Positions 20,162 to 28,219 of a stretch of DNA of 64,000 nt are shown here, one piece after another. The stretch covers positions 113,779 through 177,778 of the forward strand of contig JANXAP010000007.1 of assembly GCA_025062275.1 (NCBI GenBank), written 5' to 3'. The DNA comes from Dehalococcoidia bacterium (GTDB lineage: Bacteria; Chloroflexota; Dehalococcoidia; SM23-28-2; HRBIN24). Below the pieces are notes generated by a model that had not been told where the DNA came from, searched no databases, and saw only the letters and a program-made list of their open reading frames with translations. Both the position numbers and the translations under genes were made by a program. Every line of letters starts with the position of its first letter. The first letter of the stretch is position 1.

Positions 20162-20925
20162 AGGAGCTGTCCCTGTCGGAAAAGGTCGCCCTGGTGCTGG
20201 GCGTGGAGCACCCCACCGGCCGGGCTATCGCCGTGGCACTGGCCGAGGCCGGAGCCGATGTCGCCTGCGTCGCTACCTCTCCCCGCCGCGAGGCCGAGGT
20301 GGCGGCCAACTCCTGTGCCAACGAGGTCTGGGCCGTGGGCCGCCGCGCCCTGGCCTTAGCCATCGACCCGCTGGACGAAGGCCAGGTGGAGGGTGCAGTA
20401 GACAGGACGGTGCGGGAGCTGGGCCGCCTCGACATCCTGGTGAATGCCCATGACGTCCCCTACGCCGCCCCGGTGGAGGAGACGACGACCGAGCGCTTCC
20501 GACGGGTGCTGGAGGGCAACCTGACGGCCGTCTACCTGGCCTGTCGCGCCGCAGCCCGTGTCATGCTGGCCCAGGGGAAGGGGCGCATCGTCAACGTACT
20601 GCCCCTGCTGGCCGAGAGGGGCCTGGCCAACGCCTCCGCCTATTGCGCCGCCAAGGGCGGAGTCCTGAACCTGACCCGTGCCCTGGCCCTGGAGTGGGCC
20701 AGGCGGGGCGTGGCCATCAACGCCCTGGGCTGCGGCTGGGTGGAGGGCGAAGGCCTGGTGCAGGACCCGGAGACCAAGGCCCAGCTGGAGCGCTACCTGC
20801 CGTACCGTCGCCTGGCCCGGCCCGATGAGCTGGCCGGGGCGGCCGTCTATCTGGCCTCCGATGCCGCCGACTTCGTCACCGGCCAGGTCATCTGGGTAGA
20901 GGGCGGCGCCCTCAGTCACGTGTAG
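20158..20925 (+). CDS. SDR-family oxidoreductase with atypical cofactor-binding turn
   Basis: ATG 20158 overlaps the upstream stop (ATGA). LVLGVEHPTGRAIAVALAEAGADV replaces TGxxxGxG. NASAYCAAKGG (YxxxK) and a C-terminal DFVTGQVIWVEGG are present. Confidence 0.8.
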   Translation: MKELSLSEKVALVLGVEHPTGRAIAVALAEAGADVACVATSPRREAEVAANSCANEVWAVGRRALALAIDPLDEGQVEGAVDRTVRELGRLDILVNAHDVPYAAPVEETTTERFRRVLEGNLTAVYLACRAAARVMLAQGKGRIVNVLPLLAERGLANASAYCAAKGGVLNLTRALALEWARRGVAINALGCGWVEGEGLVQDPETKAQLERYLPYRRLARPDELAGAAVYLASDAADFVTGQVIWVEGGALSHV

Positions 20926-20975
20926 CCTCAGGCCCGCGGACCTGCGGCGCGCTCCTGGGCCCGTTGCTGCCGGGC

Positions 20976-21734
20976 CTAGATGTTGCTGCGCCCCTGCCCT
21001 CCGTCCACCACTACACAGGCCCCTGTCACCCAGCCGGCCCGCGGCGAGCAGAGGAAGGCCACCACGTTGGCCACTTCCTCCGCAGTGCCGAAGCGCAACC
21101 AGGGGATGTTGTCGCGGGTGAAGTGGGCCATCCCCTCCGGGTCTTCTAGCTGGCGCCGTCGCCAGGTGCCGCCGGGATGGGCGATGGATCCCGGCGCCAC
21201 CGCCACCACGCGGATGCCATCGGGCGCCAGGGCGGTCGCCATCGCCTTGGCGTGGGAGATGAGGGCGGCCTTGGCGGCGTTGTAGGCCGGCGTGCCGCCC
21301 GACTCCCGCCCCCAGATGGAAGCCATGTGCACGATGACTCCTCCCCCCTGCTGGCGCATTACGGGCGCCACCAGGGAGGTCAGGCGCACCGGCGTCAGCA
21401 GCAGCGCCTCCAGCCCCCGACGCCAGGTCTCCTCGTCCTGGCCGGGCAGGGAGGCGTGCAGGCTGTTGACCAGGATGTCTATGCGCCCGAAGGCGTCCAG
21501 GGCCGTCTGCACTAGGCGCTGGCAGTCGTCGGGGCGGGTCAGGTCGCCGGCGAAGATGGACGCCTCGGCGCCCCTCGCCTCCACCAGCTCCTGCGCCCTT
21601 CGCAAGCCTTCCTCGCCGCGGGCCGCCAGCACCAGCCGGCAGCCCTCCTCCGCCAGGACCAGGGCCACCGCCCGCCCGATGCCCCGGCTGCCTCCGGCGA
21701 TGACGGCTACCTTGTCGCGCAAAAGCAGGTCCAA
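20976..21734 (-). CDS. SDR-family oxidoreductase
   Basis: KVAVIAGGSRGIGRAVALVLAEEG, YNAAKAAL, and a C-terminal GWVTGACVVVDGG. Confidence 0.85.
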   Translation of the reverse strand: MDLLLRDKVAVIAGGSRGIGRAVALVLAEEGCRLVLAARGEEGLRRAQELVEARGAEASIFAGDLTRPDDCQRLVQTALDAFGRIDILVNSLHASLPGQDEETWRRGLEALLLTPVRLTSLVAPVMRQQGGGVIVHMASIWGRESGGTPAYNAAKAALISHAKAMATALAPDGIRVVAVAPGSIAHPGGTWRRRQLEDPEGMAHFTRDNIPWLRFGTAEEVANVVAFLCSPRAGWVTGACVVVDGGQGRSNI

Positions 21735-21785
21735 CTCTCGACCTCCGCAGGGCAGTCTCCGCAGGCTATTATGCGCCGAGGGGCG

Positions 21786-22658
21786 CTAGGGCGCTTCGGC
21801 CTCTAGGAAGGCGACTATGGCCTCCGCCAGCTCCCGGGGGCGCTGCAGTGGGATGTCGTGAATGGTATCCGCCAGCCAGAGGGTGCGACTGCGGCGCAGC
21901 AGCCGCTCGGCGGTGGCTAGGCCCAGGCGCTTGGCAGCCAGGAAGTCGGCCGCCCGCCCCCGGGGCTCCGACGGCTGCGCCGCCACCATCAGCACCGGGC
22001 AGGCGATGCGCGGGTAGAGCTCCGACGCCTTCAGGTCCCAGATGGCGCGCAGGATGCGCATGTGCCGCTCGCGGCTGAGGCGGGGACGCACGCTGCCGTC
22101 CTCGCCGATGTGGAAGCAGGCCAGCACTGCCCGCTCCACCTCCGGCCCCCAGATGGCGCCCAGTTCCGTGCGCGGTGCGAAGGCGAGGAGCGACTCGACC
22201 GTCATGCCCGTGAAGTCGGGGGGCGCCAGTTCTCGCTCCACCCGTTCCCAGGTGTTCCCCGGCAGAGAGGCCATCTCCAGGAAGCCGCCGTCCACCAGCA
22301 CTAGGGCGCGGGGCACTGCAGGATGGGAAGCGGCGTAATGGAGGGCGACGCTGCCGCCCCAGGAGTGCCCCACCAGCGCGGGCCGCTGCAGTCCCAGCGC
22401 AGCGATGAAGGCATGCACGTCGGCGGTGAAGGAATCGAAGTCGTAGCCGTCGTCGGGCTTGTCGGACTCGCCGTGGCCGCGCTGGTCGAGGGCCAGCACG
22501 CGAAAGCGCTCGGCCAGGAGCGGCGCCGTCAGGTCCCAGATGTGGCTGGTGGAGGCCAGACCGTGCAGGAGCAGCAGGGGCGGCCCCTCGCCTCCCCAGT
22601 CGCGGTAGTGGAAGGTCAGGCCGCGCAGGCGGACGGTGGCATCGACGGCCTCGGGCAT
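21786..22658 (-). CDS. Alpha/beta-fold hydrolase
   Basis: The start is ATG 22658 (MPEAVDATVRLRGLTFHYRDWGGEGPPLLLLHGLASTSHIWD). The nucleophile elbow is GHSWGG. The longer ORF from 22769 has an Arg-rich, implausible N-terminus. Confidence 0.85.
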   Translation of the reverse strand: MPEAVDATVRLRGLTFHYRDWGGEGPPLLLLHGLASTSHIWDLTAPLLAERFRVLALDQRGHGESDKPDDGYDFDSFTADVHAFIAALGLQRPALVGHSWGGSVALHYAASHPAVPRALVLVDGGFLEMASLPGNTWERVERELAPPDFTGMTVESLLAFAPRTELGAIWGPEVERAVLACFHIGEDGSVRPRLSRERHMRILRAIWDLKASELYPRIACPVLMVAAQPSEPRGRAADFLAAKRLGLATAERLLRRSRTLWLADTIHDIPLQRPRELAEAIVAFLEAEAP

Positions 22659-22774
22659 ACGCTGGCCCTTCGCAGGCAGTATACAACGACGACCGCTCAG
22701 AAGTGGCGGGCGTCGGCGACGACCTCGGCGGTGGGCAGGCCGCGCCTCAATCGGAAGGCAACGGCACACGAGTA

Positions 22775-22881
22775 GCTGCTACGGAGCAGCAATTATGATG
22801 CTGCACCGTTTAGCAACTGTTCTACTACCTCGTTCCATGCTCGTTTCAGCATCGCAGACGATTGCTCAAGCAAATTGAGCA
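22775..22881 (-). terminator. Three stem-loops at or after the 3' end of the R-like gene (candidate terminators)
   Basis: TGCTCAA-N5-TTGAGCA (22863..22881, spanning the stop codon), ATGCT-N6-AGCAT (22837..22852) and GCTGCT-N4-AGCAGC (22775..22790). No clear U-tract follows any of them. Confidence 0.3.
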
Positions 22882-23885
22882 GGTTCTTGTAGGAAACGAC
22901 GTCGGCCCTCTGCGCCTGCGAGGGAAAGATTGCAGATGATCCACTCCTTGACCGGGACAAAGCCTATCTCGTAATCCTGCATCAAATACTGTCTGGCAGC
23001 TTGGAATGCCCCAGAGGTTGGGCCTTGTTGGGAAAAGAGAAAAAGGAAATCTCCTACTCGCTGTGGTGCTATTTTGCTATGGAACGTAGAGCGGACACGG
23101 TTTTCATCCACCGATCGCTCGGTGACCTCCAGGGCAAGATAGATCTCCTCCCCAGCATACACGGTAATATCTCCGGCAGCCCCTGACGGTGCGTCCGGCG
23201 CATTGATTGGCTGCCACTGAATATCCCAGCCCAACCCGTATGTTCCGCTGACAGCCTTCAGGAGAGCGACAGCCAACAAGACCGGCAACTGTCCTCCGCT
23301 GGGCCTGTCAAGCAGCACTTCAACCAGTCGTTGCCACTGCTCCAGCGCCAGCCGTCGTGGCTTGACTAGGGAGATGATCGACTTTTCTCTAAGGTCAATG
23401 AATCTCAACAGCAGATAACGTAGCAGAGCGCGAGCTGTATCCGTGTCGGCCCGCTTTAGTTCAGCTAGATAGAACAGGAACGCCCTGTATCCCTCTTTAT
23501 CTTTCAGGCCCCTGACTATGCTCTCGTCGAATGGCACTGAACGCCGAAAGACGGCTAGATATGCGCCTTTCGAGCAAGGGATCTGGTGCTTTTGCAAGAG
23601 GGGGTTGATCACTCTTTCGTCAAGGCCCCTCCCGCTGAAAGCGTTGTCCGCCAGGTGTGAGTAGGGTAGTGTGATGTCTATGTCCGGATCCAGGACTCGG
23701 GCCACAGCACACCCTAGCAACGCTTCTCTGAATGACTGGGTTGATGTCGCGAAGAGCACATCGGCCGCCCTCACTACCGCGTCCGGCACGCTTGGCCAAG
23801 CGCCGCGCGAGTAGTCTGTTTCTGCCTGCCGCAGTTCATCCTCTAGCAGGTATGCCGCCCGCCGGTAATCGATCCTGCGTGCCAT
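22866..23885 (-). CDS. Uncharacterised 339-aa protein, presumed restriction endonuclease partner of the adjacent methylase
   Basis: Its ATG lies 1 nt after the methylase stop (TGA G ATG), suggesting translational coupling. It shares the low GC of the methylase gene. Its size and position fit a type II R subunit. The only nuclease-like pattern is a weak one (GDITVY...ALEVTER). Confidence 0.5.
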   Translation of the reverse strand: MARRIDYRRAAYLLEDELRQAETDYSRGAWPSVPDAVVRAADVLFATSTQSFREALLGCAVARVLDPDIDITLPYSHLADNAFSGRGLDERVINPLLQKHQIPCSKGAYLAVFRRSVPFDESIVRGLKDKEGYRAFLFYLAELKRADTDTARALLRYLLLRFIDLREKSIISLVKPRRLALEQWQRLVEVLLDRPSGGQLPVLLAVALLKAVSGTYGLGWDIQWQPINAPDAPSGAAGDITVYAGEEIYLALEVTERSVDENRVRSTFHSKIAPQRVGDFLFLFSQQGPTSGAFQAARQYLMQDYEIGFVPVKEWIICNLSLAGAEGRRRFLQEPAQFA

Positions 23886-23886
23886 C

Positions 23887-24780
23887 TCACAGGCTATAAT
23901 TGATCCACAGCGCCTCTTGCCTTGGTTCCTTGACCGAGTGGCACGTCTTCAGCGGCGCATCAATGCGGGTCCAATCTTTATAGAGTTCATCCATCAATTT
24001 ACATCGATATCCAGAAATGGCAACTTTACCTCTACATTGATGCAGAACTTCCGCTAAATAGCGATGGGCTTCTTCATCCATTTCATAACCGTATGCACGA
24101 TCGTCCCCTCTGGCCTCCGGTGGATAAGGCGGGTCGCAATAGAAAAGAGTATCCGGGGAATCATAAAGCTTAATAACCTCTACCGCGGGCCGATTTTCTA
24201 TTTGCACACGCAGTAGTCGTTCCGCGATGTCAGCCAACATATCGATTCCCCCAAGCCAGCGAGAAATCACGCCAGACATGCCACGGCGAGAGGTATTCTT
24301 ACAGTTAGCCCAGCGTCCTAGAGTGGCCGTTTGTGCCAACCCGGTACGTGCCTGCCTGGCACGGACGTAGAAACGTCGGGCACGTTCCAATTCGGACAGT
24401 TCTTCTGTAGGTGGTGATACTGCAAGAGCGAACTCCTCCCTGGAGAAGGGGGTAAACGTAATGGCCCAGATGAGCTCGCTGGGCCTCTCCCGGAGTACCC
24501 GGAAAAAATTCACCACCTCTCCATCAATATCGTTGTAAGTTTCTACTGGGGACGGTGGTCGGTTCAGCAATACAGCAGCTGAGCCACCGAAGGGCTCGCA
24601 GTAGTGATGTGTGAGAGGCAAGAGGGGAAGCAACCAGTCGAGGTGAGAGTATTTGCCACCATACCAACCGAAGGCGATGAGTTTCTTGCCTTTCTGCTTC
24701 CCATTAACACTAACGAGGGGATCCGGCTTACGGCTGCTGCGCTCGCGGGATGCCAGAAAGGCAGGTAAGACAACTGTCAT
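23887..24780 (-). CDS. N6-adenine DNA methyltransferase, D12 (Dam-like) class
   Basis: FGWYGGK, EPFGGSAAVLL (SAM motif I) and YCDPPYPP (DPPY, motif IV). A GGGAGGG SD lies 7 nt before the ATG. Confidence 0.85.
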   Translation of the reverse strand: MTVVLPAFLASRERSSRKPDPLVSVNGKQKGKKLIAFGWYGGKYSHLDWLLPLLPLTHHYCEPFGGSAAVLLNRPPSPVETYNDIDGEVVNFFRVLRERPSELIWAITFTPFSREEFALAVSPPTEELSELERARRFYVRARQARTGLAQTATLGRWANCKNTSRRGMSGVISRWLGGIDMLADIAERLLRVQIENRPAVEVIKLYDSPDTLFYCDPPYPPEARGDDRAYGYEMDEEAHRYLAEVLHQCRGKVAISGYRCKLMDELYKDWTRIDAPLKTCHSVKEPRQEALWINYSL

Positions 24781-24833
24781 AGCTGTCCCTCCCGTGGCTG
24801 GAGCTAGTGCAACACATGTTCTCTTTAGTCAGG

Positions 24834-24863
24834 ACAATAGTTGCTGGCGAAACAGGTTGTCAA
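24834..24863 (-). promoter_or_regulatory. Candidate sigma-70-type promoter for the methylase/partner operon
   Basis: The minus strand reads TTGACA (24863..24858), an 18-nt spacer, then TATTGT (24839..24834), about 50 nt upstream of the methylase ATG. Confidence 0.45.
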
Positions 24864-24981
24864 TACCTCGAGAAAGGAGGGTCGGTTTCGGGTGAAGGTA
24901 CGGATCCCCCGACTCCGCACCTAATTGGCCGGTGTCGAGACCACCTACAATGATAGCTACACTCTCAAAGCGAGCGGCTGC

Positions 24982-25057
<76 letters not shown>

Positions 25058-25091
25058 ACCCTACAAAAAGTGTAGCCCAAACGGCCACAGC

Positions 25092-27272
25092 TCACACGCC
25101 CGCCGCCCCCTGTAGCTGCCGCTCCACAGATATGACCCCCCGCACCGTTTCCAGCTTGTTCAGCAGCCGCATGAGCTGGGCCACGCCCCGCGTCTCCAGC
25201 GTCACGTAGATGGTGATGGTCCCGTCCTGGTGCTCGTCGGTGTGGACGCCCGTCATGTTCACCCGCTCGTCGGCCACCAGGGTGGAGAGGTCGCGCAGCA
25301 GCCCCACCCGGTCCCAGGCGTCTATGCGCACCGCCACCGGGTAGACGTTCCCGCCATCAGCCCATTCCACTTCCACCAGACGCTCCCGCTCCAGCGCCAG
25401 CACGTTGCCGCAGTCCTGCCGGTGCACCGTGACGCCCTCGCCACGGGTGATGTAGCCGATGATGGCATCGCCGGGCACAGGCTGGCAGCAGCGGGCCAGC
25501 CGCGTCAGCAGGTCGCCCGTGCCCAGGACGCGCACACCGCCGGTGTAGGTGGGACGCTGGGCCGGGGGCGCGGCCGTCGGCTCCGGGGGCGGCTCAATGA
25601 GGTGGGAGAGGCGCAGCGCCACCTGCTGGCTGCTCATCTCGCCATAGCCGATGCGCAGACACAGATCGTCCAGGGTAGGGGCCTGCGTCACCCGCAGCAC
25701 CTCCTCCTCCACCTCGGACAGGTGCAGGCCCAGGCGCTTGAGCTCTCGCTCCAGCATCTCGCGGCCGCGGGCGATGTTCTCGGCCCGCTCCTGACGCTTA
25801 AACCACTGGCGGATCTTCTGGCGGGCGTGGCTGGTGCGCACGTAGCCCAGGTGGGGGTTCAGCCAGTCCCGGGAGGGGCCGCGAGAGGTCTTGCTGGTGA
25901 TGATCTCCACCACGTCGCCGTTCTGGAGCTGATAGTTCAGGGGCACCAGGCGGCCGTTGACTCGTGCCCCCACACAGGAATGGCCCAGATCGGTATGGAT
26001 CAAGTAAGCGAAGTCGATGGGGGTGGCCCCACGGGCCAGCTCCTTCACCTCCCCCTTGGGCGTGAAGACGTAGACCTGGTCCTGGAAGATGTCGGTCTTG
26101 ACGGCCTCCACCAGCTCGGCGGCTCCGGCCAGCTCCCGATGCCACTCCAGCAGCTGCCGCAGCCAGGCCAACCGCTCCTGGTAGCGGGCGTCGCCCCCGC
26201 TTCCCTCCTTGTAGCGCCAGTGGGCGGCCACGCCATACTCGGCCACCCGGTGCATGCCATGGGTGCGAATCTGGACCTCCAGCGGCCTCCCCCCTGGCCC
26301 CATGACAGTGGTGTGCAGGGACTGGTACATGCTCTCCTTGGGCTTGGCGATGTAGTCATCGAAGGTCCCGGGGATGGGCGTCCACAGCCCATGGACGACT
26401 CCCAGGGCCTTGTAGCAGTCGGGCACCGTGTCCACCAGCACCCGCACCGCCAGCAGGTCGTAGATCTCGTTGGGACTGCGGCCCTCGGCCACGTAGCGCT
26501 GCATCTTCTGGTAGATGCTGTAGATGTGCTTGGCCCGCCCCTGCACTTCGGCGCGGATGCCGTTCTTCTCCAGCTCTCCCTTCAGCAGCTCCTGGACCTG
26601 GGCGATGTAGCGCTGGCGGGCCTCCCGCTTGGCGGCCAGCATGGCAGCGATGGCCCGGTACTTCTCGGGCTCCAGGTAGCGGAAGGCCAGGTCCTCCAAC
26701 TGCCACTTGAACTGCCAGATCCCCAGCCGGGAAGCGAGGGGGGCATATATCTCCAGCGTCTCCCTGGAGATGCGCACCTGGTCCTCGGGCGGCAGGGCAT
26801 AAAGGGTGAGCATGTTGTGCAGGCGGTCGGCCAGCTTGATGAGGACCACCCGCAGGTCCTGGGCCATGGCCAGGAACATCTTGCGGAGGTTCTCGGCCTG
26901 GAGACGCTCATCGGCAGCCTTCTCCTCCAGGGCCTGCCACGGGATCTGTCCCAGCTTGGTGACCCCCTCCACCAGGCGGGCCACCGTCCGCCCGAAACGC
27001 CGCTCCAGCTCGTGGTTGGTGACGTTGCAGTCCTCCTGCACGTCATGTAGGAGGGCGGCAGCCACCGTCTCGGCGTCCAGCTGCAGCTCGGCTATGCTGT
27101 AGGCGGCGTGGAGAGGGTGGGTGATGGCCGGGTCGCCGGAGCGACGGAACTGCCCCTCGTGACAGCGGGTGGCGAACTCCAGCGCCCGCTCCACCAGGGC
27201 CACGCCCTGGGGCGGCAGGTATTCGCGCACTTTGGCCAAAAGGTCCTGGGACCCGACGGTCCTGGGCATCAT
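25092..27272 (-). CDS. relA: Bifunctional (p)ppGpp synthetase/hydrolase (RelA/SpoT homologue)
   Basis: HD hydrolase domain (HPLHAAYSIAEL..., LLHDVQED), a synthetase domain (YQSLHTTV, EVQIRT), a TGS domain and a C-terminal ACT domain. Confidence 0.95.
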   Translation of the reverse strand: MMPRTVGSQDLLAKVREYLPPQGVALVERALEFATRCHEGQFRRSGDPAITHPLHAAYSIAELQLDAETVAAALLHDVQEDCNVTNHELERRFGRTVARLVEGVTKLGQIPWQALEEKAADERLQAENLRKMFLAMAQDLRVVLIKLADRLHNMLTLYALPPEDQVRISRETLEIYAPLASRLGIWQFKWQLEDLAFRYLEPEKYRAIAAMLAAKREARQRYIAQVQELLKGELEKNGIRAEVQGRAKHIYSIYQKMQRYVAEGRSPNEIYDLLAVRVLVDTVPDCYKALGVVHGLWTPIPGTFDDYIAKPKESMYQSLHTTVMGPGGRPLEVQIRTHGMHRVAEYGVAAHWRYKEGSGGDARYQERLAWLRQLLEWHRELAGAAELVEAVKTDIFQDQVYVFTPKGEVKELARGATPIDFAYLIHTDLGHSCVGARVNGRLVPLNYQLQNGDVVEIITSKTSRGPSRDWLNPHLGYVRTSHARQKIRQWFKRQERAENIARGREMLERELKRLGLHLSEVEEEVLRVTQAPTLDDLCLRIGYGEMSSQQVALRLSHLIEPPPEPTAAPPAQRPTYTGGVRVLGTGDLLTRLARCCQPVPGDAIIGYITRGEGVTVHRQDCGNVLALERERLVEVEWADGGNVYPVAVRIDAWDRVGLLRDLSTLVADERVNMTGVHTDEHQDGTITIYVTLETRGVAQLMRLLNKLETVRGVISVERQLQGAAGV

Positions 27273-27306
27273 GGCCAGAACAAGTTTATCACAGACACAG
27301 AAGTTT

Positions 27307-28119
27307 TCATGAGGAGATGGGCTGTGGACGGCGCGAGGCCAGCCACAGCCGCCTCATCCCCCAGTCCACCAGCCCGGGAGCCATTTCCTTCAGAAGCACC
27401 GCCAGGCGATCGGTCATGGTGACATATACGGTGCGCTCCTCCCGTTGCACGGCCTGCACGATGCGCCGGCCCACCTTGCTGGCTGGCACCCCCCTCACGG
27501 CCCGCGAGGGCGCCGGAGTGGCCACCTCCCGCAGCTTGTTCTGGTGGAAGGCGGTAGCGGTATAGCCAGGCAGGACACACACCACCCGTATGCCGTCCTC
27601 CCTCAGCTCCAGTCGCGCAGCATCGGAGAGGGCGATGAGGGCCGCCTTGGTAGCGGCATAGATGGCGCTGTAGGGGATGGCGAGGCGACCGGCTACCGAC
27701 GACACGTTGACGATGACGCCTCGCCCCTGTCGGCGCATGTGGGGCACCACGGCCTGAAGGCAATGGATGGCGCCGAAGAAGTTGACATCCACCAGGTAGC
27801 GCATGTTGTCCAGGGAGCCATCGGCCACGGCGGCGTCCAGGCCGAGACCGGCGTTGTTGACCAGCACGTCCACCCCGCCCAGCTCGGCCACCGTCCGCTC
27901 CACCAGTGCCTGCACCTGTGCACGGTCGCTGACATCGGTCGGGACGGCCAGACAGCGCGTGCCCATGGCCGAGGCCTCCCGCGTCGCCTCCTCCAGGGCA
28001 GTACGATCGCGGGCCGCCAGCACGACATGGGCTCCGGCGCGGGCGAACTCCACGGCCGCCGCCCGGCCGATGCCGCTGGAAGCGCCGGTTACGATGACTC
28101 TGGCACCCTTGACTTCCAT
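27307..28119 (-). CDS. SDR-family oxidoreductase
   Basis: ATG 28119 is preceded by GGAGG. Motifs are ARVIVTGASSGIGRAAAVEFARAGAHVV, LVNNAG and YAATKAAL. Confidence 0.85.
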   Translation of the reverse strand: MEVKGARVIVTGASSGIGRAAAVEFARAGAHVVLAARDRTALEEATREASAMGTRCLAVPTDVSDRAQVQALVERTVAELGGVDVLVNNAGLGLDAAVADGSLDNMRYLVDVNFFGAIHCLQAVVPHMRRQGRGVIVNVSSVAGRLAIPYSAIYAATKAALIALSDAARLELREDGIRVVCVLPGYTATAFHQNKLREVATPAPSRAVRGVPASKVGRRIVQAVQREERTVYVTMTDRLAVLLKEMAPGLVDWGMRRLWLASRRPQPISS

Positions 28120-28219
28120 GCCGCACCTCCGGGATGCGGTGCCAACTTCTTGGCACCGACATTGACCTTCCGGTATCCTCAAGCTAGCGGGCCCGACGAG
28201 CTAGCGCAACGAGACCCCC

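Larger units (their letters stand above)
22770..24981. other. Low-GC islet (about 2.2 kb) carrying a two-gene methylase/partner cassette, directly abutting the 3' end of tRNA-Arg
   Basis: The base composition drops visibly, to roughly half G+C versus about two-thirds in the flanks. Codon usage also changes (AAA, GAA, ATT and TTT codons become common). Confidence 0.7.

Noticed and set aside
22660-24981. Search for an integrase, transposase or direct repeat of the tRNA-Arg 3' end that would delimit the low-GC islet as a mobile element.
   Set aside because: No recombinase-like ORF is present. I could not find a copy of TGGCGCCCCCGGCAGGACTCGAA or a substantial part of it near 22.6-22.9 kb. I therefore call it only an islet, not a defined mobile element.
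25230-27050. 606-aa plus-strand ORF antisense to relA. There are similar giants antisense to mfd (38497..40638, 713 aa), acs (43831..45903, 690 aa), the CorC gene (1038..2075 and 1537..2769), gcvPA (13412..14806) and the second synthetase (45912..47147).
   Set aside because: These are typical shadow ORFs of GC-rich DNA. Their translations are Arg/Gly/Pro/Ala/His-rich, low in complexity and without motifs. The opposite strand in each case encodes an unmistakable conserved protein.
28150-28166. Sigma-54-like element TGGCAC-N5-TTGA upstream of hisS.
   Set aside because: The -12 element lacks the conserved GC (TTGA instead of TTGC). The TGGCAC is simply one arm of the GGTGCCAA/TTGGCACC palindrome. 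hisS is not a typical sigma-54 target.
28120-28219. T-box leader upstream of hisS, and a riboswitch in the 320-bp region 33227..33548.
   Set aside because: The hisS upstream region is only about 100 nt and lacks a specifier-loop or T-box sequence. The 33.2-33.5 kb region shows a plausible promoter but no motif I can assign to a known riboswitch class. A covariance-model scan would be needed to exclude one.
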